Numbered from the stretch's first letter, positions 28,145 to 37,187 are shown. The stretch: DNA of 39,345 nt from Lentisphaeria bacterium (GCA_041690595.1 JAWLHB010000014.1:124001-163345), one strand, 5' to 3'. Program-made: numbers and translations. The notes: generated by a model not told the origin, from the letters alone.

Positions 28145-31100
28145 ATGCCATGCCGTCTTGCCGCTTGCACCATTGCCCTCTGGGCCTGCTTACTCGCGCC
28201 GGGAGCTGCCGGCCAGCAGAATCTGGATACGTCCGCCCCTTTTGCCCGCATCGGCAAGGCGGTTTCGCAACCCGAGTATCATGCTGGCAAGTTCAAGGCC
28301 TTCGGCTGGGGCGAGTCGACGGCCTTCTGCGGTATGCGCGATGCCAATCTGCCGGGCGCCCCCTTCGTCGGCAAAGATGCTTCCTGGTGGCTGACCTACG
28401 ACAAGGAGGCACTGTACATCGTCTGCTTTGTGCGGTTGGAAGCGCAGGGGGAGCACTTCCTGGCTGCGACCGCGGCCGATAACGATCCAGTCATCTTTCA
28501 GGGTGACCACCTGATCATCCAGTTCGCTCTCGATCCTGACGTCGGCAAGGCCGGCGTGCCCTTTACGCGCATCGCCGTGAATCCGAGCGGCGCGGTGTGG
28601 GCCGAGACGGTCGAAGCCATGCCTGGCCAGAACCACCCTCTGGACATCGATCGGCTGGTCTATGGCAACCATGTCGGTTCCGCGCACGTTTCCGGCCATT
28701 GGTGGCTGGCGCGGCTGCGAATTCCGCTCTACATGCTCGGCGTCGAGTCGCTGGATGGGCGAACCGCCAAGCTGCACCTGGCCTGGTCCACGGAACCGCT
28801 TTACCTGAGCTGGGGTGGCGTCCAGGCCGGCGAGTGGGAACGTATGCCCATCGTGGACTTCGCTTCACGGCCGCGTACCAGTCTGCGCCTCAACGGCAGC
28901 TATCCACTGCTCTTTCAGACCAGCGGCGGACTCAATCTCGACCTGAGCAGCCGGATCCTGGCCGGTAGCGCAGACAGTCCGACCCGCTTCCGCTTCATTC
29001 TCCGCAACGTGTCGGAGGGTGAGACGACGTGGGAGAAGGTCTGGGAGGGAGCGGAAGAAGCCGGTGAGTCGATGAAATTCCACGCTCGGGAACACATCGT
29101 GTCAGCCCCGGATGTGGAGAACCGATTGCTGATGCGCGCCGAGACCACCCTCGATGGCGACACGCAGTTGCTCTTCCACAGTGAGCTGCCCTACCGCCCG
29201 GATGACGAGCGGGTGGAGGCCGCGCTGGCCGAGTGGAGGCGCCTGCATGCCTACGAGCCGGAGGCAAACGCGACCTTCGACTATGTCTACGCGCCCTACG
29301 CGCACAAGCTCGAGGCGCGCGTCAATACGGAGCTGAACGTCGCGCTGTACACTGGCGAGAAGCGAGCGAAGGCGGAGCGGATTCAAGGCTCGGACCGGCT
29401 GCGGGTCGTGATTGCAGATGCGGCCGGAAAGGTCATGGGCTCGGGGGATGGCGCGGTCATCAACGGTTCCGGGCGCGCCGTTGCCGCCTTCAATCCGCCC
29501 CTGCCGGAGGGCGAATATACGGTAGAACTGTCGCTGTCCCGTGGCGATACGCTGGCGGACAGCGCCGAGATGGCGCTGGTGCGCGAGCGCTTCGAGTGGG
29601 AGCACACTACCCTTGGTAAGGAGCGGGTGATCATCCCCCCGTGGACCGGCATCTCCCTGCCGAGTGCCGACGGTGGCGTGGATCGGCACAGCCGTGTCGC
29701 CATGTGGGGCCGCGAGTATCGGCTGGCCAACACTGGTCTGCCGGCCGCCATGCGTTCGCAGGGCGAGCACGTGCTGGGCGATACGGGCATGAGCCTGACC
29801 GGCGTGATCGATGGTGCCACCGTTGTCGCCATCGGCGACAGTCCACCCGCCATCACTCTGATCCCCGGGCAGATCTTTCCCGCTGATTTCGCCAGCTACG
29901 AGCTGGCCGCCAACGCCTGTCCAGTCGCGGGTGAGGATTTCCAGCTTGAAGCCACCGATGGCTACGCGGTCGAGGTCGAAGCCGCGTCAGCCCTCGGTCC
30001 GGTTGACGTACGTGTCCATGGACGCGTCGACTATGACGGCCTCTACACGATTCGGATGACGCTCGCCGCGGCCACGCCGGTGACTGTCGAGCGACTGACG
30101 CTGACCGTGCCGATCCATAACCAGGCCAACCTTTACCGCTTCAGTCGCACACTGGATTTGCACAGCCTGGGCGCCATTCCCCAAGGCGAAGGTGTGCTGC
30201 GGAAAAGCTCCAACCTCCCGCCTCACCCGGCGCTGACCGGCAACTTCGTCCCCGTCGTTTTCGCGGGCGACTATGATCGCGGCCTCTTCTGGATGGCGGA
30301 GAGTGATCTGGGCTGGAGTGTCGAGGACGATCAGGAGCAGGTGACCCTGGTCCGCGAAGATGGACAGCTTCAGCTACGGTTCCACCTCTTTGCCAAGGCC
30401 ACGGTCGTCGATCAGCCACGGACCCTGGAGTTCGCGTTCCTGGCTACGCCGAGTCGCCCGAAAGCAGTCGGCTACCGCCAGGCTTTCTTCGCCGGCAAGC
30501 ACACCCACGACACCGCCGGTTTCCGCTTCTACGGCGGCGGTGTCAACGGCTTTCAGCTTTATACGGCAGAAGACTATGAGGGGCTGCGCCGCTTTCTCTA
30601 TGAAGACGAAGACGGCATCCGCGACCACTACTACGATGAGGCGGACAAGCCGGAAGGCCACGGAAGCTACTACCGCGTCCGCAGCACGGCGGCCCAGGCG
30701 GGACACCCGCTCACGCTGTACGGCTGCACCTGGGGCGCAAACGCGGGCATGAAGGAGTTCGCCACCTTTGGCAGCGCCTGGACGCATACCGCCCGGACGC
30801 TGGAGGTGAAGTCTCCACACACCGAGTTCCTCAACTGGACCAACTTCGGGGGCACGGCAAAGTGGGACAGCCCCGCCGAGCTGACCTCGGTGTACACGCT
30901 CATGGACGACAGCTTCGTCGATGCCTGGCTCTGGCACATGGTGCGGATCGGCAAGTACAGCGGCGTCAATGGCTGCTTCTTTGACTGCTTCGAGAGCTTG
31001 CCGCGCGCCCTGCGCGGCCGCGTGAAGACCGACATCAACGGCATCGCCTATCGTCGCGAGGCAGACGGGCAACTCCGGCCTTTTGCCAATCCCCTGCGCT

Positions 31101-31783
31101 ACCACCGGCGCACCCGCCGGTTCGCCACCGCACTTTGGCTGGCAGGCAGACCACCCGCGATGCTGCAGAGCAACAACTTCGACAACACCTACGGCCCCAC
31201 CTGGTTCGTGGAAGGCGACATGTACCTCAACAAGCTGGGTGACGACTTCATCGATCAAGGCATCACCCCCGACGTCTATGCCGCCTACACCGCGAGCAGC
31301 TCCGGCATGGCCAAAGCCACCTCACACGTCGCCACCGCTCCAGGTCCAAACGGGCGCCCCATATTCGACGACGCCATTTTCAGCATGATCCTTGCTTATG
31401 GCATCCTCCACGACATCGCCCACAGCGGCAATCCACACTGGCTCTCCAGCAACTATCAGGCCGTTACGCGGGCACTGACAGAGGAACTGGATATTGGTGA
31501 TCCGTCCGTGCGCCACATTCCCTATTGGCGTCCTGACGGGGCGTTGACGCTCTCCGATCCCCGCGTGCTGGCCGGCGGATACGTGCACCCGGATAAGCAG
31601 CGTGCGCTGATTGCCGTGCTGAATCCGACGGAGGAGACCATAACAGTGGACGTTGCTTTCGAGCTGCTGAATCGCGCCCCAACTGCAATCCGGGAGATCC
31701 TCAGCGGCGCGCGCATCGCCGACGGCACCAGCTTCCAGCTCGAACTGGAACCCCACGCCGTACGCTTCATGATGATCGAGTGA
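28145..31783 (+). CDS. Large secreted putative glycoside hydrolase, paralog 3
   Basis: GAGGAG RBS, ATG 28145, signal peptide MPCRLAACTIALWACLLAPGAAG; YDKEALYI, DHLII, WLARLRIPL; IPPWT, WGRE, DYDG; NGCFFD; ILHD; IPYW. Confidence 0.65.
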   Translation: MPCRLAACTIALWACLLAPGAAGQQNLDTSAPFARIGKAVSQPEYHAGKFKAFGWGESTAFCGMRDANLPGAPFVGKDASWWLTYDKEALYIVCFVRLEAQGEHFLAATAADNDPVIFQGDHLIIQFALDPDVGKAGVPFTRIAVNPSGAVWAETVEAMPGQNHPLDIDRLVYGNHVGSAHVSGHWWLARLRIPLYMLGVESLDGRTAKLHLAWSTEPLYLSWGGVQAGEWERMPIVDFASRPRTSLRLNGSYPLLFQTSGGLNLDLSSRILAGSADSPTRFRFILRNVSEGETTWEKVWEGAEEAGESMKFHAREHIVSAPDVENRLLMRAETTLDGDTQLLFHSELPYRPDDERVEAALAEWRRLHAYEPEANATFDYVYAPYAHKLEARVNTELNVALYTGEKRAKAERIQGSDRLRVVIADAAGKVMGSGDGAVINGSGRAVAAFNPPLPEGEYTVELSLSRGDTLADSAEMALVRERFEWEHTTLGKERVIIPPWTGISLPSADGGVDRHSRVAMWGREYRLANTGLPAAMRSQGEHVLGDTGMSLTGVIDGATVVAIGDSPPAITLIPGQIFPADFASYELAANACPVAGEDFQLEATDGYAVEVEAASALGPVDVRVHGRVDYDGLYTIRMTLAAATPVTVERLTLTVPIHNQANLYRFSRTLDLHSLGAIPQGEGVLRKSSNLPPHPALTGNFVPVVFAGDYDRGLFWMAESDLGWSVEDDQEQVTLVREDGQLQLRFHLFAKATVVDQPRTLEFAFLATPSRPKAVGYRQAFFAGKHTHDTAGFRFYGGGVNGFQLYTAEDYEGLRRFLYEDEDGIRDHYYDEADKPEGHGSYYRVRSTAAQAGHPLTLYGCTWGANAGMKEFATFGSAWTHTARTLEVKSPHTEFLNWTNFGGTAKWDSPAELTSVYTLMDDSFVDAWLWHMVRIGKYSGVNGCFFDCFESLPRALRGRVKTDINGIAYRREADGQLRPFANPLRYHRRTRRFATALWLAGRPPAMLQSNNFDNTYGPTWFVEGDMYLNKLGDDFIDQGITPDVYAAYTASSSGMAKATSHVATAPGPNGRPIFDDAIFSMILAYGILHDIAHSGNPHWLSSNYQAVTRALTEELDIGDPSVRHIPYWRPDGALTLSDPRVLAGGYVHPDKQRALIAVLNPTEETITVDVAFELLNRAPTAIREILSGARIADGTSFQLELEPHAVRFMMIE

Positions 31784-31825
31784 CGGGTGCTGTTGGACTT
31801 GCCGCAGGGAAAGGCGAACGCCGTT

Positions 31826-31931
31826 GGACGTAACCCCGAATGGGGTTGGTGTGCGGGCGGGAAGTGTACCCAGGGTAGGCCCTCCTTTGGAGGACCCAAC
31901 CCTGGGCTGGAGGACGTAGCCCCGTTGGGGC
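31826..31931. repeat. REP-like multi-hairpin palindromic element between convergent genes
   Basis: GGACGTA-ACCCC-GAAT-GGGGTT; CCCAGGGT...CCTCC-TTT-GGAGG...ACCCTGGG (31869-31906); GGACGTA-GCCCC-GTT-GGGGC. Confidence 0.75.
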
Positions 31932-31952
31932 AAGGGGCGAAAGGAGACGTGT

Positions 31953-31988
31953 CGGATCGGGCGGATCGGTCGGATCGGGCGGATCGGA
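31953..31988 (+). repeat. Tandem array of four 9-bp CGGATCGGN units
   Basis: cggatcggg cggatcggt cggatcggg cggatcgga. Confidence 0.9.
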
Positions 31989-31990
31989 GT

Positions 31991-33712
31991 TCAGGGGAAG
32001 TGATGGTGGCCGGGGGGGAGGCGGTGGGGTTTGGTGGCGCCGGGGAGATAGATGTCGCCGTGGACGCCGTCGGGGAGGTCGACGGTGAGTGACCAGCCGG
32101 AGGGGGAACGCTCCATCTGGATGTCGAGCGGGCCCTGGGGAAGGGGAACGCGGCCACGCAGCTCGTTGAGCGGACCGGGATGGGGCTGCACGCGGACGCG
32201 CTGGAAGCCGGGCTGGAGGGGCTGCACGCCGAGGATCCAGCGGGGGATGAGATTGGCGGGCGCCGCGCCCCAGGCGTGATTCCAGTCTAGGTTGGGCTTG
32301 AAGCGCGGGTCCCAGGCTTCGAGGGTCATGGTGGAGCCCAGGTCATGGAGCATGTGTGCCCACCCGCGTTCGCCGGTATCGGTCAGCAGGCTAAAGGCAT
32401 GCTCGTCATCGCCGGCGGCAAAGAGGGCGTCGAGGAGGAATTGCGCGCCGTAGACGCTGCAGGCCATGCCGCGGGTGCGGAGGAAGCGGAGAACACCGGG
32501 AACGAGAGAGTCGGGGATCAGGCCGAAGGCGAGGGGCAGCATGTTGCCGTGCAGGGAGTGATGACGGGAATCCTCGCCATCGACGTAGATGCCATGGTCG
32601 AGGTCGAGGAGGGTGCTGCTGACGGCCCACTGCACCTTTTGCGCCTCGATGCGGAAGCGCTGGCGATCGTCCTCATGGCCGAGGTGGCGGGCGATGCGGG
32701 TCATCACGCGCAGGGCCTGATAATAGAAGGCGTTGACGGCGGTGTTGACGGGGCGCATGTCGTAGCCGTCGCGCTCACCGGGAACACCGTTGCCGGCAAA
32801 GTCGGCGGGAGGCCAATCGACGATGTCGCGGAGCTGCTCCAGGTGCAGGGCCTGGAGGAGTTGCGGCGTCAACGCGCCATTCTGGGTGGAGATGAGCCCG
32901 TCGGCTCGGGCCAGAGGGAGCAGCAGGCGGGTCTTGAGGGTCTCGTAATGGCGCCGGAGGAAATCGTCGCAGCCGCTGCAGAGGTACTCGGTCCAGGCCA
33001 TCAGGATAAACTGAAACTGCCATTCGGTGGGCCAGGTTGGGTGCTCGACGAAGTGCTCGAGGGTGGCGCGGGCCATACCATACTGGCGGTCGACACAATA
33101 GTGGGAGAGCTGGTTGAGGTAGGCATCGGCTTCGTAGGGGATGCGCTCGCGATCGCCGTCGACGTAGAGGCCGCAGAAGCTGGTCGCCTTGATCGTGTAC
33201 CTGCACAACTCCCAGACCTCGTTGAGCACGGTATTGTCGCAGTGGAAGTGGGCGGCCGCATCGTCAAAGGGATAGTGCACCGCGAGCTGGCGGCAGGAGG
33301 GGAGCGGCGCGTCGCCAGGCAGACCTTCGATCTCGGCGTAACGGAAGGGCAGGACTTCGCCGATCTCGGCGGGCATGGGGATGGCGTGCGGCCCGGTGTT
33401 GCGTTGGTCGGGCGGAATGATGACACGGTAACGGCACTCGCCCGGCCGCACGTCGAGGGGGATGGCCCGGTAGCGCACGGAGCCGCCGGGTTCACGATCG
33501 AGGCGCAGGGGCTCCGCCAGCTTCTCGCCCAGGTGAATGGTCAGCGTGCGGGGATGCGGCGGCGACTCGGCAAAGGTCAGCTCGAGGGTGCCGAAGGCTG
33601 CCTTGCCGAAATCATGGAAGGAGTGGCCGGGAGCAATAGCGGCGATCCGCACCGGAGCGATGGAGGTTTGTTGGAGCGAGTGCCGGACAAGGAGCTGCTC
33701 ATGGCTCGACAT
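31991..33712 (-). CDS. GH78 alpha-L-rhamnosidase-like glycoside hydrolase (short type)
   Basis: DFGKAAFG, PFRYAEI, LYVDGDRERIPYEAD, IVDWP and TLEAWD...DWNHAWGAAP motifs. Start MSSHEQ at 33712 overlaps the sulfatase end; the track start at 34027 is over-extended. Confidence 0.88.
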   Translation of the reverse strand: MSSHEQLLVRHSLQQTSIAPVRIAAIAPGHSFHDFGKAAFGTLELTFAESPPHPRTLTIHLGEKLAEPLRLDREPGGSVRYRAIPLDVRPGECRYRVIIPPDQRNTGPHAIPMPAEIGEVLPFRYAEIEGLPGDAPLPSCRQLAVHYPFDDAAAHFHCDNTVLNEVWELCRYTIKATSFCGLYVDGDRERIPYEADAYLNQLSHYCVDRQYGMARATLEHFVEHPTWPTEWQFQFILMAWTEYLCSGCDDFLRRHYETLKTRLLLPLARADGLISTQNGALTPQLLQALHLEQLRDIVDWPPADFAGNGVPGERDGYDMRPVNTAVNAFYYQALRVMTRIARHLGHEDDRQRFRIEAQKVQWAVSSTLLDLDHGIYVDGEDSRHHSLHGNMLPLAFGLIPDSLVPGVLRFLRTRGMACSVYGAQFLLDALFAAGDDEHAFSLLTDTGERGWAHMLHDLGSTMTLEAWDPRFKPNLDWNHAWGAAPANLIPRWILGVQPLQPGFQRVRVQPHPGPLNELRGRVPLPQGPLDIQMERSPSGWSLTVDLPDGVHGDIYLPGATKPHRLPPGHHHFP

Positions 33713-35051
33713 AGAGGTCGCCCTTCTCGTTGCGCCGGATCTGATACCGGTCATAGATCTCGTCCGCGGTGAGGAAGGGGTCCTGGATGGCTTCGAGGCG
33801 TTCGTCCAGCCGAGCGTCGAGCCGGCGCAGGAGATCGGCGTGGGCGGGATCGTGAACCAGGTTGCGCAGCTGGAAGGGATCCTCCTGATTGTCGTAGAGC
33901 AGCCAGGGGCCGCCATCGAGGAGAGTTCGCACGTAGGTATACCGGCGGGTGCGCAGGCCGCGATACTCGCGCCCGCCGTTGTCCCACCGCCATTCGTGGA
34001 AGGGGGTGTAGAGGGCGAGGAGCGCATCCTCGCAGGTGGCCGGGCGGCCGGTGAGGATGCCGCCGGAGAAGTCGAGTCCCTGGACGGAATCCGGGATGGG
34101 CAGCCCGCAGAGACCGAGGAGGGTGGGCATCATGTCGGGCGCATCGAAGGGGGCATCGTCGGTGCGGGGATCGGGATGACGCGGGTCGCGGATGAGGAGG
34201 GGGACGCGGATGGATTCTTCGTAGGGGCGCTGCTTGCGGCCCTGTCCCTGGCTGCCGAGCATGTCGCCATGATCGGAGGTGAAGACGACGATGGTGTTGT
34301 CGGCCAGCCCCGTCTCATCCAGAGTCGCCATCAGTTGGCCGAAGGCATCGTCGAGGGCGGTGCAGTGGGCGTAATAGCCGGCGAGATCGCGCCTCGCCTC
34401 GCCCTCATGCTCTGGCGGGACGTTATCGCGCAGAATGAGTGCTTCAGGAGAGTAGAGGAGGCGGTAGTTTTCGGGTGCGGTATGAAAGGGGTTGTGGGGT
34501 GGTCCCCAGGAGAGCATCATGAAGAAGGGCTTGTCGCCGACTTCTTCGCGCAGGTACCGGCAGGCGGCGCGGGTCTGGGCGTGGGCGTCGTAGCCTTGCC
34601 AGGGCTTCGGCTCGGGATCGTCGTCCTGGTAGTAGAAGCTTTCGTTGTACTGGTGCGTGCATTCATAGGTTCGCCAGAACTGGAAGCCCAGGCGGCGATC
34701 CGGGGGGATGACCTTGCTGCGTCCGTGGCCGTCGATGTGCCATTTGCCGATGTAGGCGGTCTGATAGCCGGCTTCGGCAAAGCACTCGGCGAGGAAGGGA
34801 CCGCTGGCCCGCTCCCGTAGGCAGAGATCGTTGGCGACCAGGCCGTGGCGATTGGGGTACTGGCCGGTCATCAGCGAGCCGCGATAGGGGGTGCAGACGG
34901 GGCAGCCCGATACCGCCTGGGTGAAGTTGACGCTCTCGTGGGCAAAGGCGTCGATGCCAGGGGTGTGCACATTGGGGTCGCCGGCATAGCCGAAGGCCTG
35001 CGCCCGCCATTGATCGCCAAAGACATACAGAACATTCGGTCGGTCAGCCAT
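33699..35051 (-). CDS. Formylglycine-dependent (S1) sulfatase, Cys type, 450 aa
   Basis: RPNVLYVFGDQWR, CTPYRGSLMTG (CxPxR), YIGKWH, PPHNP, FTSDHGD, YEESIRVP. No signal peptide. Confidence 0.95.
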   Translation of the reverse strand: MADRPNVLYVFGDQWRAQAFGYAGDPNVHTPGIDAFAHESVNFTQAVSGCPVCTPYRGSLMTGQYPNRHGLVANDLCLRERASGPFLAECFAEAGYQTAYIGKWHIDGHGRSKVIPPDRRLGFQFWRTYECTHQYNESFYYQDDDPEPKPWQGYDAHAQTRAACRYLREEVGDKPFFMMLSWGPPHNPFHTAPENYRLLYSPEALILRDNVPPEHEGEARRDLAGYYAHCTALDDAFGQLMATLDETGLADNTIVVFTSDHGDMLGSQGQGRKQRPYEESIRVPLLIRDPRHPDPRTDDAPFDAPDMMPTLLGLCGLPIPDSVQGLDFSGGILTGRPATCEDALLALYTPFHEWRWDNGGREYRGLRTRRYTYVRTLLDGGPWLLYDNQEDPFQLRNLVHDPAHADLLRRLDARLDERLEAIQDPFLTADEIYDRYQIRRNEKGDLYVEP

Positions 35052-35124
35052 GATCGCTCCCCCGCTTGTGGTTTTCGCCAGGTGATAAGGTACGGCGCCG
35101 GGCGGCGGGGTGCAACCGCGAATT

Positions 35125-35742
35125 TCAGCGTCGGACCGGCAGATAGGGCAGGCAGAGGCCGGCGATGATCCACGGCCAGATCAGCCCGCTCTTGATCGCA
35201 TTGAGGGTGTCGGCCCCGCCGTCGTGGCGCAGCACCACGAGGAGAAAGAGGGAAAGGGGGACGGCCAGAACATGAAAGAGGGCGCCCAGGCCGATCAGCC
35301 CCCAATGCATGCGCTTGCCGAAAAGGCGGCCGACTGCCCCCATCAACAGCGGCGCCATGGGAAGCAGCGGGAAGACCATGCTGGCGTACAGGCGATACCG
35401 GTACTGCCCCAGCCTGAGACGCTCGACTACCGCGCCCGGCCCGAAGTTGAGGTGGTAATAGAGGGCAAAGCGCATGACGATTCCCCAGCCGACGAGCATC
35501 GCCGCTATCACCAGCAGGAAGAGGGGACGCCGCCATCCTCTGGGGATATCGCCGCGGCCGTGCAGCCAGGCGAGGCACATGAGCAGCGCCACCGGTACCG
35601 CCCAGTGGAAGTAGCCTGTCCACCCATAGCCGTTCCAGCCGTGCCACTCGACCTCGAGACGCCAGAGTATCCCGCCCAGCAGGGAGGCGACGATCAGCCA
35701 GATGATGGCCGTCGGCAGGTTTCGCGCTAGGCGTGTGGGCAT
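35125..35742 (-). CDS. Hypothetical multi-pass membrane protein
   Basis: GGAGGGAG RBS before ATG 35742; about six hydrophobic segments. Confidence 0.75.
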   Translation of the reverse strand: MPTRLARNLPTAIIWLIVASLLGGILWRLEVEWHGWNGYGWTGYFHWAVPVALLMCLAWLHGRGDIPRGWRRPLFLLVIAAMLVGWGIVMRFALYYHLNFGPGAVVERLRLGQYRYRLYASMVFPLLPMAPLLMGAVGRLFGKRMHWGLIGLGALFHVLAVPLSLFLLVVLRHDGGADTLNAIKSGLIWPWIIAGLCLPYLPVRR

Positions 35743-35825
35743 GGCTCCCTCCGGTTTGGCGTACGGCGCCACCGCGGCGCGCATGCACACACTACCGCCA
35801 ACCCGCGCCGGGCGCAACGTGTGCG

Positions 35826-36362
35826 CTATGGCTTGAAGCGGCCGATGAAGGCGCGCCAGTCGAGCCATTCGCCTGGGTGTGGCTGCTCCGGGTCGAGGAG
35901 CAGTGGCAGAGTCATGCCGAGGCGGGAATCGCAGATGAGCGGCCATGGTGGCGGTGGTTCGTAATAGCCTCCCTCGTCATCCAGCATGTGCGAGCGATCG
36001 CTGGAGAAGTGGCGCAGATACTCCCCGGCGGTAAGGACGCGGAAGCGGGGTCTGAGGTGCTCGGGCCATTGCTTCACGCGCGGGAACGACAGCCGGAGGT
36101 ACTTTGCCAGGTCGACTGGCGCCCCCAACATGCTGTTGAGGTCCCACACCTCCCATGGAGGCCCGCCGACCAGGACAATGGCGTGATAGTCCCAGAGGAT
36201 CGGTTCGCCGGGCGGCGCGTCTCCCTGTTGCGCCCAGACCGGGCACAACCGCTCCGCATTGGTCAGCAGCACCACCCACGGATCACGCCCGGCCAGCTCC
36301 GGCGCCTGGCAAAGATGCCAGACGTTCTCTTCGCAGTAGCAGGGCTGGAAGGGGTGCTTCAT
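35826..36362 (-). CDS. Protein N-terminal glutamine amidohydrolase-like (NTAQ1/WDYHV family)
   Basis: CYCEENVWHL, ILWDYHAIVL, VWDLNS and RFRV...YLRHFSSDRSHM motifs. Confidence 0.88.
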   Translation of the reverse strand: MKHPFQPCYCEENVWHLCQAPELAGRDPWVVLLTNAERLCPVWAQQGDAPPGEPILWDYHAIVLVGGPPWEVWDLNSMLGAPVDLAKYLRLSFPRVKQWPEHLRPRFRVLTAGEYLRHFSSDRSHMLDDEGGYYEPPPPWPLICDSRLGMTLPLLLDPEQPHPGEWLDWRAFIGRFKP

Positions 36363-36503
36363 GAGGGAAGATATCACCTCTTCTTTGGAGAGTCATGTCG
36401 CCGACCTGCACCAGAGAGCAAATCTTTGCGGCACAGCCGTCTTTTCTCTTGTTTTCTGCGGAGGCAAGGATAGAATGTGGTTATCGCACATAAAGGGGAT
36501 CGC

Positions 36504-36884
36504 ATGAAAGATCGTTTCCGCAGGGCTGGCGCGGTGGCCATTGTCGGTGGCATAATGCTGAGAGTGCTACCTGTTCTCATCCTGTTGAGAGAGATGAAAG
36601 CCGTCGGGCGATCGAACCTGCATATAATGGATGTGGGGATTGACAGGCTCAGCAGCTTCGCCATGGTGGCCGCGGTGATGAGCGAGATCGGTGGCTATGC
36701 CATCATGAGCGGCCTCTTCATGCTGATCCTCTCTTATATGAATGAAGTGCCACACGAAACAATGAGCGAGACGGATGCACTGATAGAGGAGATCAAGCGT
36801 AAGCGGGATTCAATGCCGCCAGAGCCGAAAAGCGAAGAGGAGCGGGACCTGGAATGGGAGAAGTTCATGGGAAGGCGCAAGTGA
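36504..36884 (+). CDS. Hypothetical small membrane protein
   Basis: AAAGGGG RBS before ATG 36504; two hydrophobic segments and a charged C-terminus. Confidence 0.6.
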   Translation: MKDRFRRAGAVAIVGGIMLRVLPVLILLREMKAVGRSNLHIMDVGIDRLSSFAMVAAVMSEIGGYAIMSGLFMLILSYMNEVPHETMSETDALIEEIKRKRDSMPPEPKSEEERDLEWEKFMGRRK

Positions 36885-36886
36885 GC

Positions 36887-36901
36887 GCCTCCCCCGGAGG
36901 C
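36887..36901. terminator. Short hairpin between convergent genes
   Basis: GCCTCC-CCC-GGAGGC; no U-tract. Confidence 0.35.
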
Positions 36902-36908
36902 CTACGCG

Positions 36909-37115
36909 TCAACCTTGCGGCTGCTTCCTGCTCTGCCGCGGAGACTTGCGTGGTTCTTTCCGTTGCATGACGAAGGTGTTTAGATCTTCGATCGACCATT
37001 CCCAGGCCTCTCCCTTGACGATGCCCGCGGCTTCGGCGATGGCCGCCGGCAGATTCACGTAAAATGACTTGGTCGTTCCCCGGTCAACTCTCTGGATCTT
37101 CACTTCGTAACCCAT
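36909..37115 (-). CDS. AbrB/MazE/SpoVT-like small DNA-binding protein, 68 aa
   Basis: KIQRV...SFYVNLPAAIAEAAGIVKGEAWEWSIED fits the swapped-hairpin pattern; GGAG RBS. Confidence 0.7.
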   Translation of the reverse strand: MGYEVKIQRVDRGTTKSFYVNLPAAIAEAAGIVKGEAWEWSIEDLNTFVMQRKEPRKSPRQSRKQPQG

Positions 37116-37167
37116 GACTGGTCTCTCCGTCGTTTTTTTTCGGGCAGGGAATCTGCCATCTTTCGAT

Positions 37168-37187
37168 TAACAGTATATATACTATTA
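37168..37187. promoter_or_regulatory. AT-rich 20-bp palindrome upstream of the AbrB-like gene
   Basis: TAACAGTATA-TATACTATTA (9/10 pairs). It contains minus-strand -10-like hexamers, with TTGAAA at 37203-37198. Confidence 0.5.

Noticed and set aside
31787..32092. 101-aa ORF with SDRADRSDRADRS
   Set aside because: Incidental translation of the REP-like element and the 9-bp array; it overlaps the GH78 3' end.
32345..34820. 475-aa and 427-aa plus-strand ORFs
   Set aside because: Antisense to the GH78 and sulfatase genes.
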